Source of the DNA: a virus
Virus record (IMG/VR): IMGVR_UViG_3300043411_000610
Location: 26,678-90,677 of that record
DNA: 64,000 nt
Reading direction: 5' to 3' (one strand)
This document shows, in pieces, positions 20,314 through 32,800 of the stretch. The stretch's first letter is position 1. The number at the start of each line of letters is the position of its first letter. The notes below the pieces were generated by a model. That model was given only the letters and a program-made list of their open reading frames with translations. It was not told where the DNA came from and searched no databases. The position numbers and the translations under genes are program-made.

Positions 20314-21141
20314 TTATACGGGTTTTTGGTTAGTTGTCAAGGAATTGTATGCATTAATTATAGTCGAATCCAATTCGGACATAATATAGAATTTAGAAAT
20401 TTTATCAGTATTCGCCAAATTATTGACATAAAAATCATCAAATTCAGTTATAATATTTTCATCCGGCACATGACTATCCATATTTTTGGTCACTGGGAGT
20501 GCCAATAAATTTTTAGCAATGTAGAATATTGAGGTGTCAGTTGTGGAAACCACATTGAATATACCTGACTGATCATAAATGACTTCAGTGGCACATACCA
20601 AATCTGGTAGATATGTCACGTCCGTTGCCAGATGAAAGAATTTAGTAAATTTCTGAATTTTGACCAACAAATTTTTTGGATGATCAGTATCATCAAATGG
20701 TAGTCGAATGCGTAAAATCAGAGCATTAGGTCCACATACTCGCTCACCCGCATATTTGGTAAGCCTATAATCAGTGTGCAGATCTAACTTTCTACAATCT
20801 TCTGTATTTTCTGCCCATTCATGACTGTTCCCATACAAATCTGTGGTTGAAATATGAATCAGTTTAATACCATTTGTGTCGCAATATTGTGCAAGGTAGT
20901 CAACGAACAACACATTAGTTTGCCACAATTGTTTAAAATTTGACGAGTTTTCACACCATTTGGTATCAGTTTTTGCAATACAGTTAATTACATATGAATA
21001 ACCCTTTATTAAAGGTATTAGGGTATCAAAATTATGTGGTTCAAAATAGAATTGTGTGCGGTCAATACATTTATAACCCTTCCTCTGATATGCACGACTC
21101 ACATATCCATCACCTAGAATGATTGTGTTTTGTGGATTCAT
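20314..21141 (-). CDS. RmlD-like NAD(P)-dependent sugar-nucleotide reductase/epimerase (SDR)
   Basis: ILGDGYVS, VINCIAKT, HIST..LYG, YRLTK (YxxxK) and LILRIRLP motifs. Confidence 0.8.
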   Translation of the reverse strand: MNPQNTIILGDGYVSRAYQRKGYKCIDRTQFYFEPHNFDTLIPLIKGYSYVINCIAKTDTKWCENSSNFKQLWQTNVLFVDYLAQYCDTNGIKLIHISTTDLYGNSHEWAENTEDCRKLDLHTDYRLTKYAGERVCGPNALILRIRLPFDDTDHPKNLLVKIQKFTKFFHLATDVTYLPDLVCATEVIYDQSGIFNVVSTTDTSIFYIAKNLLALPVTKNMDSHVPDENIITEFDDFYVNNLANTDKISKFYIMSELDSTIINAYNSLTTNQKPV

Positions 21142-22485
21142 TGTGCAGGGACTAATTCTGGTTTCTTTATCTTAGTTTTTTTAGGTTTAGCCGTTTTAAT
21201 CGGATTTCCTATTTTCTCTTTCACCTCTTCTTTGGGTTGGTCTAAAAGCGGTGCAAATCTGAGGATACTGAATGCCGCTTCTAGTGTTTTACCCATAGGA
21301 ATCGGGTTTTTAAGTTCTTCCAACAGAATTGCAGGGATCAGTGTGCCTTTAAAATTGAATGGATTTTTACCCGTCGGATCTTTAATAATTTCATCTGTTG
21401 TTTGTCCATTATATATTTCTCGAATCGTGTATATACGACCTTTGACTGGAAACTGTTCCATGACAGCCCGTGCCCATGATGGCCAGTCATCATCTTTGAT
21501 GCAAATTACCTTGGTTCCTCGTTCGATCACTATACTTCTCCTCTGATGTTAAAATTGGTGTTCATAATGTGTGAGTTAACAAGCAACTCTTCAGTATTGG
21601 CATGACAATATTCTTCTTCTAATTCAAATCGGTCAGTTGCTTCCGTATAATTTGTATGTTTATCAGGTTTCATCCATTTAATAAACACATACACAATTTC
21701 AGTATTAAGCGTGTTAGGGTTTTGCCAATGATTAGGGCTGGTCAGATATGCGCGAATTTTAATTTCACTGATGGGTGCATAATGAATTTGTCCATCTTTA
21801 ATGAAATAAACTCTATCACCTACATTATATCTTGTTTGGATTTTCATATTAGCCTAGTTGTTGTTTTGTTTCCCGAATTTTGGCACGGATAGTCGAACGA
21901 ATATCTTCTCGCAATTCTTGGTTGGACATGATAGATTTAATATCAGTCCCGATTTCAGTTGCCATTGAATTCATGATGTGATCTGCCATTTTTTGTTCAA
22001 CCTGTGATTTTACGATTTGTATAACTTGATTCATATCAACCTGACTGTGCATGGTTTTTAGCCATGTAGAATCTAAGTTGATACGTGCATTGTAATCTAG
22101 CTTTAGCCATTCACCCTTACGAATAAAATCAATTACCGTATGTTGAATTGACTGTGCTAGTTGTTGTTCAAAATTTAAGTCTGCTTTCATGTTTCAATAT
22201 AGGTTGAATTTCAACTATGTCAAGGATGATTTAACGGATTCATATAATCATCAATTTCTTTTTGTGACATTTTAAACTCGTATGAAATTCCTCCTTCGCC
22301 CTTATTAGTATATTTTACATATTTCGGTTCACAAGAAATGCGCCTGTTTTTTCCGTGTTGATCTATTAAGTATCCTGCTACAAATGGATTTCTAGACCAC
22401 ATACCATCATCTTCTGAAGTTACGATAAAAACACTACCTTTTTTGAATGGATAACAGTCTTCGATTAATTCAACTTTTTGATTAA

Positions 22486-23550
22486 TCATAGCGTAAATCC
22501 TGAAAATTTGTTTAGATCAATGGATGTATCACGGCTACCTTTGATGTAATCTGTTAGAGGCTTTTCTTGGGGAAGATCATGTGTTTTGCCCGCATCCAGA
22601 TATGAATCTAACCATCCACCAATAGGATTATGTTTAATATCATAGATTTTTTTATATCCCAAAGATTGTAGCCTATTGTTTGCAATCCATTCAATATAAC
22701 CACCTAATGTATTAGGATTCAAACCCAAAAGTCCACCTTCTGAAAAAATATAGTCCGCCCATTTTTTTTCATTGTCTACGGCTAGACCGTATGCATCATA
22801 AATGCGCTGTTCGTTTTCGCGAATGATGTGTGTAAAGCCCTCATCTTCTCGCTCTTTCCAGTTTTTGATAACATTCTGTGTGATCCCTATATGATCAGCT
22901 TCATCTCGTTTGATTAGTTTGATGATATCAGCATTGCCAGTCATTTTTCCTTTATAGCCGAAAAAGAAAGAACATGCAAATGACACGTAGAAAATAACAC
23001 CTTCCATGATCTGCATATGTAACATAGAGTTGAATAAATCCTGTTTCCTGTCGCCTGTATCATTATTGAGAAGTTTGTCGAATGACGATTTAATTTCTGT
23101 CATACGTTCTTGTAAATGAATATCTTGAGACATATCTTCGAAGAATTTGTGTGGATCACGGCGAAGATTTTCCAAAATCCAATTATATGAATCACTATGA
23201 ATGCTTTCTTCAAAAAAGCTCCAGGTGTTCAAACAATAGGATAATTCATTCAATGAACAGTGCTTTTTCATTTCGTCAATAGACCGGGAAAGGAAAGAAT
23301 CTCCTGCTGTTTGAAATGATAGATTTTTTTCAAAAATGAATCGCTCTTCTTTTGTCAATTGTTCATAATCTTTTCGATCATTCACCAATGGAATTTCATC
23401 TGGTTGCCAATACTGACCTCTCTGTTTTTTGAAAAGGTCCACAAATTTGGGATATTTTACATCTGTAAGATTCAGAATACCTAGAGGTTCACCAAAGAAC
23501 ATGGGTTGTTCACTATTGATGCGCTTATTAAAGTTTAATACTGTTTTCAT
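22486..23550 (-). CDS. nrdB: Ribonucleotide reductase class Ia beta subunit
   Basis: W.P.EI, QTAGDS, FEESIHSDSY, MEGVIFY.SF, RDEADH and PQE motifs. Confidence 0.96.
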   Translation of the reverse strand: MKTVLNFNKRINSEQPMFFGEPLGILNLTDVKYPKFVDLFKKQRGQYWQPDEIPLVNDRKDYEQLTKEERFIFEKNLSFQTAGDSFLSRSIDEMKKHCSLNELSYCLNTWSFFEESIHSDSYNWILENLRRDPHKFFEDMSQDIHLQERMTEIKSSFDKLLNNDTGDRKQDLFNSMLHMQIMEGVIFYVSFACSFFFGYKGKMTGNADIIKLIKRDEADHIGITQNVIKNWKEREDEGFTHIIRENEQRIYDAYGLAVDNEKKWADYIFSEGGLLGLNPNTLGGYIEWIANNRLQSLGYKKIYDIKHNPIGGWLDSYLDAGKTHDLPQEKPLTDYIKGSRDTSIDLNKFSGFTL

Positions 23551-23558
23551 ATTTTATT

Positions 23559-25850
23559 TTAGAGTGTGCAGCCACCTCCGATAGAGCAGGTTGCATATCG
23601 GTCTTCTGATTCTTTTTCTGTTTCTACAGTGTCGTCTTTGGCTCCCTTGGTTTTTGCATAATATATAGAAGGAACACCCAACTTATATGATAGTAAAATA
23701 TCTCCAATAACTACAGAATCTGGTAGTTTTTTATCAGGATATTTGTTGAAATCATAATAATGATTCATAGAAACACTCATATCAGTGAATTTTATCATCA
23801 ATGAATATAGTTCAATGATGTGTCTATTATCAAAGGTGAAAGCATATGTATATCGAGGTTTCCATTTGGCAATGTTTGGGACCAATACAGGTAGACGGTT
23901 AGACTTGGATGATTTATAGACCAGTGGCTCCATAGGAGGTTCCACCCCATTAGTAGAACATTGAATAATTGAGCTACTGTCGCACGGCATCAGGCATGAT
24001 AGCGTGTTGTTTCGCATACCATGAGTCACAATTTCGGTTCGTAACCATTCCCAATCAAGATTCAGTTTATTTGGATAAACTGAATCCACATCTTTTTTAT
24101 AAGTGTCAATTGGGAGAATACCCTTACTATATTTTGTTTTATCAAAATATTCACATTTACCCTTTTCTTTGGCCAGATTAACACTTGCTTTAATTAGGTT
24201 AAATTGAATTTTCTCAAATAAATCATGGGTTAGTTGTCTAGCAGAATCTTCAATAAACGAAGAATTGTTTTTTGCCAACCATGCGGCATAATTAGTCACT
24301 CCCACACCAATGCTGCGATTTTTCTGTGCAAAGTTTTTAGCAGATTCATTAAAATAATCCTGAACATCAATAAGTTCATCGAGACCTCGAACGACCAAAT
24401 CACATGCTTCTTCAATTTCTTCATCAGAATTAAGATTTAGAACATTTAGTGCCGATAACACACATACACCAATCAATCCATCTGAACCATCAATCCTCTG
24501 CATTGGTTCCAATAAGTGTAGAACCTCTACGCAGAGGTTAGTAAAATTTACTATACCATCCCATGAACTATGATTAGTAGCATGGTCCACAAATAACATA
24601 TAAAGCCTTCCAGTCTCAATTCGTTCTTTTACAAAAAGGCTCATCAGACTAGATGCTGTAATAACTTTCTTTTTGATTCCTTTTTTCTTTTCGTATTTTA
24701 CATATAAATCATCGAATTCTGATGATCCAAATGCATCATATAGTTCAGTCGTTTCGTTTGGATCAAATAGCGTAATATTTTCGTTTTTCAGGAATCGTTC
24801 AAAAAACAGTTTAGAAGATGCAACCACATAATCTAGTTGACGAACACGATTACTATCGGTCCCCCCATTATTTTTCAATTGAATGAAATCTTCGATTTCA
24901 TAATGGAAGAAATGACAGGTGATGGTTCCGCCACCACCTCTGGTTCCTTGACTAGCTGCCTTCACATTACTTTCAATACATTTTATCCATGGTATAATTC
25001 CCAGATGTGGAATAGTTCCGTTGCGAACAGACGACCCGATAGAACGAACACGACTCATATTGACACCAATACCGTAAGAATTACACGTCGCCATTCCTAC
25101 ACTTGTAAGCATGGCATAAAGACTCTCCTTAGTGTCTGCGGTATCAATTAAGCAGCAAGAGCTATAACTGTTTGTGAGTCCTCTACAATTAGCTTGCAGA
25201 GGTGTAGGCGAACTAACCTTATGTTTGGTGTTGAAGTCAAAGAATTTTTTGATATATTTCAGACGCTTAGAACCTTCATAGTTCTGGAAGAGACGCATAC
25301 CCATTAATGCATATGCAAAGGACGGAGTTTCAAACAATTCACCTGTGATTTTATTTTTGGCCAGATATTTATCCACTAATTGTTGGAGGCCCGCATAGAC
25401 GAAATTATAATCCCTATCATGGTTAATAAATTCATCAATTTTATTGATTTCTTTTTCAGTATAATTTTCTAAAAAGGCTGGGGTATAGACCTTATTATCA
25501 ATATTTTTACGAATAATATCAATTAGTTTTGGTGGGTTTTTTCCGCCCCAAACATCTTTTCTAATTTTGGTATTCAACAATCGAGCAGCCACAATTTGAT
25601 AGTCTGGCTTAGCCTCACTTATGAGATTGACCGCACTATCAATTAGGCAGTCGTGTATTTCTTTGGTTGTTATGTTATTCTTAAAGAATAATTTAGCATT
25701 GATTTCAATGGTGCTCGGTTCTACGTCCTTCAATCCTTCACATGCCCATTCAACCATTTTGTTGATTTTTGATAAATCTAATTTCTCTATTGTTCCATCC
25801 CGTTTTTTTACTGTTATTTCCATAAAGTTTTTGCTCACCATGTCCGCCAT
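23559..25850 (-). CDS. nrdA: Ribonucleotide reductase class Ia alpha subunit
   Basis: ATP cone (VKKRDG), PTP, SSCC, SQGTRGG, TNLCVE, MPCDSSS, SIYY and C-terminal Cys pair. Confidence 0.97.
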   Translation of the reverse strand: MADMVSKNFMEITVKKRDGTIEKLDLSKINKMVEWACEGLKDVEPSTIEINAKLFFKNNITTKEIHDCLIDSAVNLISEAKPDYQIVAARLLNTKIRKDVWGGKNPPKLIDIIRKNIDNKVYTPAFLENYTEKEINKIDEFINHDRDYNFVYAGLQQLVDKYLAKNKITGELFETPSFAYALMGMRLFQNYEGSKRLKYIKKFFDFNTKHKVSSPTPLQANCRGLTNSYSSCCLIDTADTKESLYAMLTSVGMATCNSYGIGVNMSRVRSIGSSVRNGTIPHLGIIPWIKCIESNVKAASQGTRGGGGTITCHFFHYEIEDFIQLKNNGGTDSNRVRQLDYVVASSKLFFERFLKNENITLFDPNETTELYDAFGSSEFDDLYVKYEKKKGIKKKVITASSLMSLFVKERIETGRLYMLFVDHATNHSSWDGIVNFTNLCVEVLHLLEPMQRIDGSDGLIGVCVLSALNVLNLNSDEEIEEACDLVVRGLDELIDVQDYFNESAKNFAQKNRSIGVGVTNYAAWLAKNNSSFIEDSARQLTHDLFEKIQFNLIKASVNLAKEKGKCEYFDKTKYSKGILPIDTYKKDVDSVYPNKLNLDWEWLRTEIVTHGMRNNTLSCLMPCDSSSIIQCSTNGVEPPMEPLVYKSSKSNRLPVLVPNIAKWKPRYTYAFTFDNRHIIELYSLMIKFTDMSVSMNHYYDFNKYPDKKLPDSVVIGDILLSYKLGVPSIYYAKTKGAKDDTVETEKESEDRYATCSIGGGCTL

Positions 25851-27045
25851 ATTTGGTTTGTTTATTTAGTCTGAACCATACCAGTTGACAACCTGCATTT
25901 CAAGAATTTTCCCATTCTTTTAATCCCCATTTTTCAATCATTTTTAGCCCCTGTTCAACACTCAGATTTATCCACAGAAAATAATCTGGAGTGTTTCCAA
26001 TTGTGGATAATCCGGTTTCAAAATAATCGGGTTCACCATAACCTGCACGATAGATAAAAGTGTAATGAGATTTAATTTTAAGACCGAGTTCTAATACTTC
26101 TTTAGGAGTCTTATCAGTCGGTTGTCTAGCAAATGATTTTTTACAATCTAATTCATCAGTCCATACATGATCTGCGACCGTCATGCACTCTTCTAAAAAT
26201 TCCTTTTTATTTTCAGGGAATATGAAAAATGTATTAGGTTTAAAAAATTTCATACCAGCTTTCATCAGATCTAAAATTAATTGTGCTTGTGATACATTGG
26301 CAAAACAATCATCCAATTCTTTGATATAGTCTTCTAATGTCATGGCATTGTTTTTTTGTAAAATTTTAAAACCCATTTGATGGTATACTTTGTAACCTTC
26401 TTTAATGAAATATTCAAGTAGATGGTTGTTCATTTTTCGAAAACATATTTTCACATGTTTTCCATCTGTCCAAATCTGTGATTCGTCTAATCCAAATACT
26501 TTTTCAAATTTATTCATGGTTTATATAGATGTTTACTGTAGAGAGTCCAATCACTAACCAATCGTGTTTTGGTGTCTTTGAGCTTAGTGTTTTTGAATGC
26601 TTCTTCTAGTGTAGCACATTCATAATTGGCATATTCCATCAATCGAGTTTTGAGATTGAACATTTCGAATGTGATGTTATATACATCACCATCAATATGT
26701 GTCCAATCTTTCCATTTAGGTTTTTTACCAAACATTTCTTCTCGTTGTTTCATATGACGTAAATCTGCTCGGAGATTCATATGCCATATCTTAGGACTTT
26801 GAATGTGATATAGTTGGTCATCATCTGGAACATCACGATTACTAAGAGACTTTGATTTTTTATCATAGATATTATCACATCTATAACATTTATATTTGTT
26901 TACAAATATAATAGCATCATCCAATTCGTATTCTGAAAATTTACGTGTGCAGGTATAGCCTCCAATTTCACCTCGATTAATACCTTTTGCACTAACTAAA
27001 CGATATTCAACTTGATAATAAATTCTATTTTTCATATGGATTGGG

Positions 27046-27720
27046 CTACGTATTTTTATATTTTTCATTAAACCGGTTTTTAGGAAGCGCCTCCATTTGG
27101 GCATCCCATTTATCATATTCCTTCATCTTTTCAATCAAAGGAAATTGTGGTTGCATATTACGTTTTTTACATACCCATTTGGTCGATCCATATATAGGAT
27201 CGTCATCGTGCATTTCAAACAGTTCGGGTAATTCGCTGGACTTCACCGGTTCTGCATCCGCGCCTCCCCATGCAAACACGTCACTACAATTTACATATAA
27301 AGTAATGGTTTCTAAAAAATTTTGATCCCAACCGACGAACAATACTTGTTCATCTAACAGCTTGGCAACCATGTTTCCGCAATCACTGTTACTCATGTAA
27401 TTATATGCAGATACCAGATTTTCAGGTTCAAAGTGACAAAAATCAATTTGAATAGAATTCTGATAAAATATTGAAATGACTGAACTATTATGGTGTATCT
27501 GATCATCAGATACACCAAAGTGTGATGACAGTTCTTCATCAGTTAATAAAGGAAAATCTAACAGACAATCTATATCACCGTGACTAGTTTTTTTAATAAA
27601 ACATTCGGGAATAATAGAATATCTGTTCAATTTTTTCGCCAATGTATTACAAACATGTGAACATGTTCTATAGTAGGTTTCATTGTCCATTTTAGGTGCA
27701 GAAAATAACTGGCCTCCCAT
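27046..27720 (-). CDS. Apparent chimera: truncated pol-beta-type nucleotidyltransferase N-half fused to an unrelated phage domain
   Basis: MGG start, KTSHGDIDCL (GDxD) and IQIDF, then an abrupt switch to an LYVNCSDVFAWGGADAE-type sequence. Confidence 0.5.
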   Translation of the reverse strand: MGGQLFSAPKMDNETYYRTCSHVCNTLAKKLNRYSIIPECFIKKTSHGDIDCLLDFPLLTDEELSSHFGVSDDQIHHNSSVISIFYQNSIQIDFCHFEPENLVSAYNYMSNSDCGNMVAKLLDEQVLFVGWDQNFLETITLYVNCSDVFAWGGADAEPVKSSELPELFEMHDDDPIYGSTKWVCKKRNMQPQFPLIEKMKEYDKWDAQMEALPKNRFNEKYKNT

Positions 27721-28207
27721 ATAATTATGCCGATCTCCAAATTTTAATTTTAGTATCCTTTGCTTTAAGTAACTCACTTCTATCACCTTCGATTTTGAAT
27801 GGTAAACTTAATCTAACATTTTTTGGATTCCGATGTTGAATTCTACGATGTTCCATTGCTTCTTTCTTAGTTTTGAATACCCACATATAACCTATACCGG
27901 GATCACCCGATGACCATGCATGACCATTATCTAAATCCCACATGATCCATGCTCTACGCCATCCACAAGAGACATATTGGGTTGCAGGTGTTTTAGGATT
28001 TTTCATCGAGTTTATCTAAAATGTTTTTCGTTATGCATACATTACAATATCAATGATCTTCAATTTGTCAACCGCCAATTTTTATAAAGTCTTAAAATTT
28101 GATCTTGTTCTGAATGAGTAAGCCATTTCTTGAGCCATTTTCTTTGCTTGGAATACTTCTCAAGAAGTTTTAATTTTTCAAAAACGGATGGATGTGGATT
28201 AATCAGA

Positions 28208-28927
28208 TTATGTTTCAATCAATTGAAACTTGAATTTATTATATGCTTCCATTGTCCAAGGAAAGAGTTCATTTAGAATATCTTTAATGGCTTTGCCATA
28301 CTCTTGAATTTCCGCTTGTGCATGGGAATCATCACGAAGAGATATGAAATGCAGTAGATTTTTTAAATCCCAACATGCATATATTTCAGTATAGATGTTG
28401 ATAGGTAGCACCATGCGGGCCATTTCTCTAGCAATACCAGATTCCAACATAGACGAATATACTGAATAACAATTAGCACAATAATCTTTGAAGAGTTCGG
28501 AAACATCTTCATGACCACTGTTTAAGCATCCATTAAATTCCATTGATGGCCACCAATTTTCATCTGCTATACTATTTTGTTTATTCTTCGTATCTTGTTT
28601 TCTCCAAATTGTAGGAATATAAAATTCATTTGGAAGTTCTGTATATCTGGCAGAAACTTCATTCAAATTTTGCATTCTATGTCTCACATATTGCCTCATG
28701 ATAAAAATAGGCATTTTAATATTGAGTGTCAATTTACACATTTCAAACGGTGATGTGTGTTTATTTTTCCACAGATATGCTAATAGCTTTTTATCTGCAT
28801 CATCACCTTTTGATGGTGATTTATAACTAATCCTTGCAGCTTCAAGAATGCGCTTATCATTACCCATCCAGTCAATTAAACGGACAAAGCCGTGATCCAA
28901 TACCTGTTTTGTATATCCTTTTTCCAT
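28208..28927 (-). CDS. thyX: Flavin-dependent thymidylate synthase
   Basis: AARISY, HTSPFE, RHRMQNLNEVSARY, RE.AR.VLP and LR...HAQ.EI motifs. Confidence 0.96.
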   Translation of the reverse strand: MEKGYTKQVLDHGFVRLIDWMGNDKRILEAARISYKSPSKGDDADKKLLAYLWKNKHTSPFEMCKLTLNIKMPIFIMRQYVRHRMQNLNEVSARYTELPNEFYIPTIWRKQDTKNKQNSIADENWWPSMEFNGCLNSGHEDVSELFKDYCANCYSVYSSMLESGIAREMARMVLPINIYTEIYACWDLKNLLHFISLRDDSHAQAEIQEYGKAIKDILNELFPWTMEAYNKFKFQLIET

Positions 28928-30228
28928 ATTATTCTTTATTTTTATCGTTAATTGCATGAATACAATTGTGGAAGTTCATGTGATCTACCATTATTTTAAT
29001 TTATATGACAAAATTCTTTGTGATGCACGAAGAACTGGGTTCTTACATGTCACAATATTCGGAAAATCCACCATAATAGGACATTTTTTAGACCGCAATC
29101 TAACCCAAAACACTTGTTCACCAGTTTCGATCTTAATTTTTGTCCAATATCTAAGAATATCTTTAATTAGATTTGATCCTTCCGCAAGTCTTCCAGGCTT
29201 AATTTTGTCCCATTTGGGTGTCGAATAGTCCCGGAGACTCAACTCATCGTCACCAAAAACTAAAACATTCTTATCAGACCATTCGGGGTCTTTATAATGA
29301 CCACCATATGCCAATATATTACCATCCTTATCCCTTTTCAGGATCGCATATAGTGGTTGATTATAATATCTATTTCCGTTTTTCAAAGGTTTATATTGTT
29401 TAAAGGTTGGCACCCGTCGGAGGATTTGCACCTCCGAAAACAAAGAGAACGAACTATCTTCCATGTTGTAAAATCCTTTCAGTCTGACCTGAGTTAGATT
29501 CCCCTATTCACACTTATTTTTATTCTTCAAAAACTTATTATGCATGATTTTCAGAAATCACCCACTTTTACATTTTTTGGCATCTCTAACCGGACTTTCG
29601 ACATCCAATTCCTTACCCAAGGTTGTTGAGCCACTAGCCGGGTATATTTTACGTTACGTCATTTAAATCTGTTTGTCAAGTAATTTGTTTAATTGTTCGT
29701 TCGCCATCTGTAAGCCTACAAAATGAGAGAGTGCCCTGATATTGATTGCCTTACCGGCTTCATAGCAACCATGAGCAAATTCTGGATCGCCTGTTTCATC
29801 ACAGATGTGTTCAACTAAACGATATTCAGGACATTCATCTAGATAATCAGTCCAATCTTCAGGTAAATCATCACCACCATAATCAGCAATCCATTCAGCC
29901 GCATGTTCGCCAATCCATTCATATAATTTGGTATAACCATCAATATTATGTGCTTTTCCACAATAATATTCCCAATTATTGTCCGTAAATCCTAAAACTG
30001 AAATTGGTCGATAAAAATTATAAATCTGTTCGCCTAGATCGCCATAAACCATGAGGCATCCACCAGAAGTTACATAGTGTATATAGAAATTAGAATCTCC
30101 TGGTGCTGCCCATTTGAGTCTTTCAATCTTAGATTTACCTTCACCAAAGACTTCATAGGTCGCAACATGGTCTTTAAACCAACGTTCTCGAATTTCGGTG
30201 ATTCGTTTTTCTATAAATTCTTGTTTAG

Positions 30229-31011
30229 TCATAAAAATAATGTTTCAATTTTATTTTCAACTTTAGTTAGGGGTGGAATATCAAGAATTTCTGTAACGGA
30301 ACGACGGATAATCAAATTTGGATTTTTACGTGCCGCATGTTTTGTGGGTAAGGACTCAATTTCGCTAATATTGAATGCCTTGTCAACCACTTTTCTGCGA
30401 ATATAAGTTCCGCGTTTGAAGAACGAGGGATAATCATTCCAATTAATACCCTTATTCATCAACATGTCTTGCTTTTGTGAACCATTTTTACCATGCAATT
30501 CTTTTGCAGAATAAAAATGATGTGCAGCCATAGAAATCGAATTTTTGGTTGCATCCCATTCTCTCCATAGAAAACAATTGGTGGCTTCTTCAAGTGTCGG
30601 AACCTGCCAAACTCGGGCATCAAATGTAGGGTTCTTTTTAGAATATTGTGGATAAACTTCGGCAATAAGTTGATTAAATTTAAGAGTCGCTAATGCCGCT
30701 AGTTGACTAGTCATTTTCATGATTCGTCCACCAAAGAAAATTTGACTTTTTGGATCAGTCACATACCATCCCAAAGAAATTTCGTCAGATTGGGTATAGC
30801 CAATATTTGCATTGGTTTCTTCCACCAAAAATCGAGTTGTCTCAACCATACAATGACTCATTTTTGAGTCAAATGGGCGATCCATTCCTTTTGTAAAGGA
30901 TGAAAATGATCGTCCATCAATGCGTGCAATAACTGGAAGTCTGGGAAGGAATACCCTAGATGATTCGATCCCTTCATAAAATTTCATTCTATCACCCAGT
31001 GTGTCATTCAT
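30229..31011 (-). CDS. tRNA(His) guanylyltransferase Thg1-like 3'-5' polymerase
   Basis: RIDGRSF, PFD, YTQSDEIS, FDAR, WR..DA.KNS and G.NWN..P..F.RG motifs. Confidence 0.92.
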   Translation of the reverse strand: MNDTLGDRMKFYEGIESSRVFLPRLPVIARIDGRSFSSFTKGMDRPFDSKMSHCMVETTRFLVEETNANIGYTQSDEISLGWYVTDPKSQIFFGGRIMKMTSQLAALATLKFNQLIAEVYPQYSKKNPTFDARVWQVPTLEEATNCFLWREWDATKNSISMAAHHFYSAKELHGKNGSQKQDMLMNKGINWNDYPSFFKRGTYIRRKVVDKAFNISEIESLPTKHAARKNPNLIIRRSVTEILDIPPLTKVENKIETLFL

Positions 31012-31243
31012 TTAGTTTTCTTTGGTGGAAGTTTAGGACAAAGAACCCAATAGTCGAGGTGCGTCCTACATGCAAAATATTCATTTCCGTCAATGACAAC
31101 AATTTTATAATCAATTGTATCAGATGCTCTTTGACCAACTTGCAAATGTTGTGTCGGATCATCCATTGCATCTGTCGGTTGTGCATTTTCAGGCACACAA
31201 CTTGTCATTGTTATTACTAAAATGCTAGACAGTAATTTGTTTT

Positions 31244-31666
31244 TCATTCAGGATTATAATATAGTTTTAGTAGTTTGTCAAGCACATTTTTTCTCGGACT
31301 TTGGCCAGTTCCCCAATTTAGTCTTTTAATAATCCGACTCTTACCTAAGCCCAACCATTGTTCGTATTCTGCCAATTCTTTAAACATCACCTTTTTGTCC
31401 GAACCAAATTGTGTGGCTGTCAAATCTATTACTTGACCACCAATTTCAGTAAAACAATGTCCCATATCAATTGCAGAGGCAAGCCTACAATTTATTGAAA
31501 TATTTTCTTTTTCGACCACATTTTTCAAAAAGAAAGATGCAACTCCACACATACAGTGCAGATCATCTGATCGAAAATAATCGTATTCAACAGCATCCTG
31601 TGAAAATGCAAATTGTTCACAAACAGCCCTACATTTATTTGCTATTCTACGAATTTTCGTATTCAT
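31244..31666 (-). CDS. Possible transglutaminase/papain-like (Cys-His-Asp) protein
   Basis: CGVAS ... GHCF ... IDLTATQF. Start reset by an upstream TTGAC promoter. Confidence 0.45.
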   Translation of the reverse strand: MNTKIRRIANKCRAVCEQFAFSQDAVEYDYFRSDDLHCMCGVASFFLKNVVEKENISINCRLASAIDMGHCFTEIGGQVIDLTATQFGSDKKVMFKELAEYEQWLGLGKSRIIKRLNWGTGQSPRKNVLDKLLKLYYNPE

Positions 31667-32269
31667 CTTTGAAACATTGTTCACAACATCCAAAAAGTGG
31701 GTCAATTTTATTTTGGTGACAAATATTACACATAGGTAATGACCAGAAATTAGACCACCATTGTTCAAATTTATTCCACATCTTTAGCTTCTCCAGCCCA
31801 TACAGGACACGTTGTTAATGGAATTAGGCTTCCAATACCGTCATTGCGTCGGGTCATTCCGCTCTGTCTGTCCGATGTATCGAATACACACGTTTCGTTT
31901 TGACCAAAGTGAGATGTTCGATAAAACATGCAAACTTTTCCACACGGAAAATCAGTTGCACAAGTAGGTTTACCGTCTTTATCACGGTAACGAGTGAGAG
32001 TTAATTGGTGTGGTTCTTCAGTGTGTTTCATAAAAATTAATACACAAAATGAGCACATTGTTCATCAATGCTAATAGTAGTTCTCTTGATTACTCGGTAT
32101 TCATCTCCATTAAATTTAGGAATGCCTAGACAAATAGACATAGCAATTTCTTCAGAATCAAATCCTTGAAAATCGGAGGAAACAATTTTATCTCCAACGG
32201 TTCCATACCAATCAAACCATCCCCTTTTAAGTATAGTTTCCAATTTTTGAATAAAATATTTTTCTGTTT

Positions 32270-32800
32270 TCATTGTAGGACAATACCATATTTTTGCTTC
32301 ATGTCAAGGAACCATTGTGGAGTATTTTGTAGTCTATCCCATTTTGCAAATGGTTTATCAAACACATAATATAGCCGATATTGTTGCCAGACGGGCAGAT
32401 CATTGAAATTACGGATACGTTTGCGGCATTCTTTATCGTCTTTAATTGCGGTCACAAATTGAGTCTGTTTGTCATCAGGAAGATTGAGTAGATTGACATT
32501 AGCATTACACCATTCTATTACTTCGGTAGATTTATGGATTTTACCATATCGCTTAGTATTTTCCGCTGATAATGCTCGGCCATAGTATATCATCCAATCA
32601 AAATTTTGTCGAGTTTGCCTAGCCCATTTAGTTGCTGGATGATTGGGGTTGCATTTTTTATATGGTGCAGTGATATCTTTGACCACAAAAGCATCACATA
32701 GCATTTGGGCGCATTCCAAAATAATTTTCATGTGACGATCACAGTGCATTTGTGTGGCTTCTACCGGACAGCCAGTTTCAGATAGTTGAAATATGTTCAT
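32270..32800 (-). CDS. Pyrimidine-dimer DNA glycosylase (DenV-related) family protein
   Basis: MNIF, H.DRH..KI.LE.AQML, NHP.T.W.R, RYGK.HKS and YR.YY motifs. Confidence 0.75.
   Translation of the reverse strand: MNIFQLSETGCPVEATQMHCDRHMKIILECAQMLCDAFVVKDITAPYKKCNPNHPATKWARQTRQNFDWMIYYGRALSAENTKRYGKIHKSTEVIEWCNANVNLLNLPDDKQTQFVTAIKDDKECRKRIRNFNDLPVWQQYRLYYVFDKPFAKWDRLQNTPQWFLDMKQKYGIVLQ

Noticed and set aside
29464-29660. In-frame stops upstream of ORF 28991-29464 as evidence for stop-codon reassignment
   Set aside because: Conserved genes are intact in the standard code, and TAA, TAG and TGA all end genes at sensible positions; local decay is more likely.
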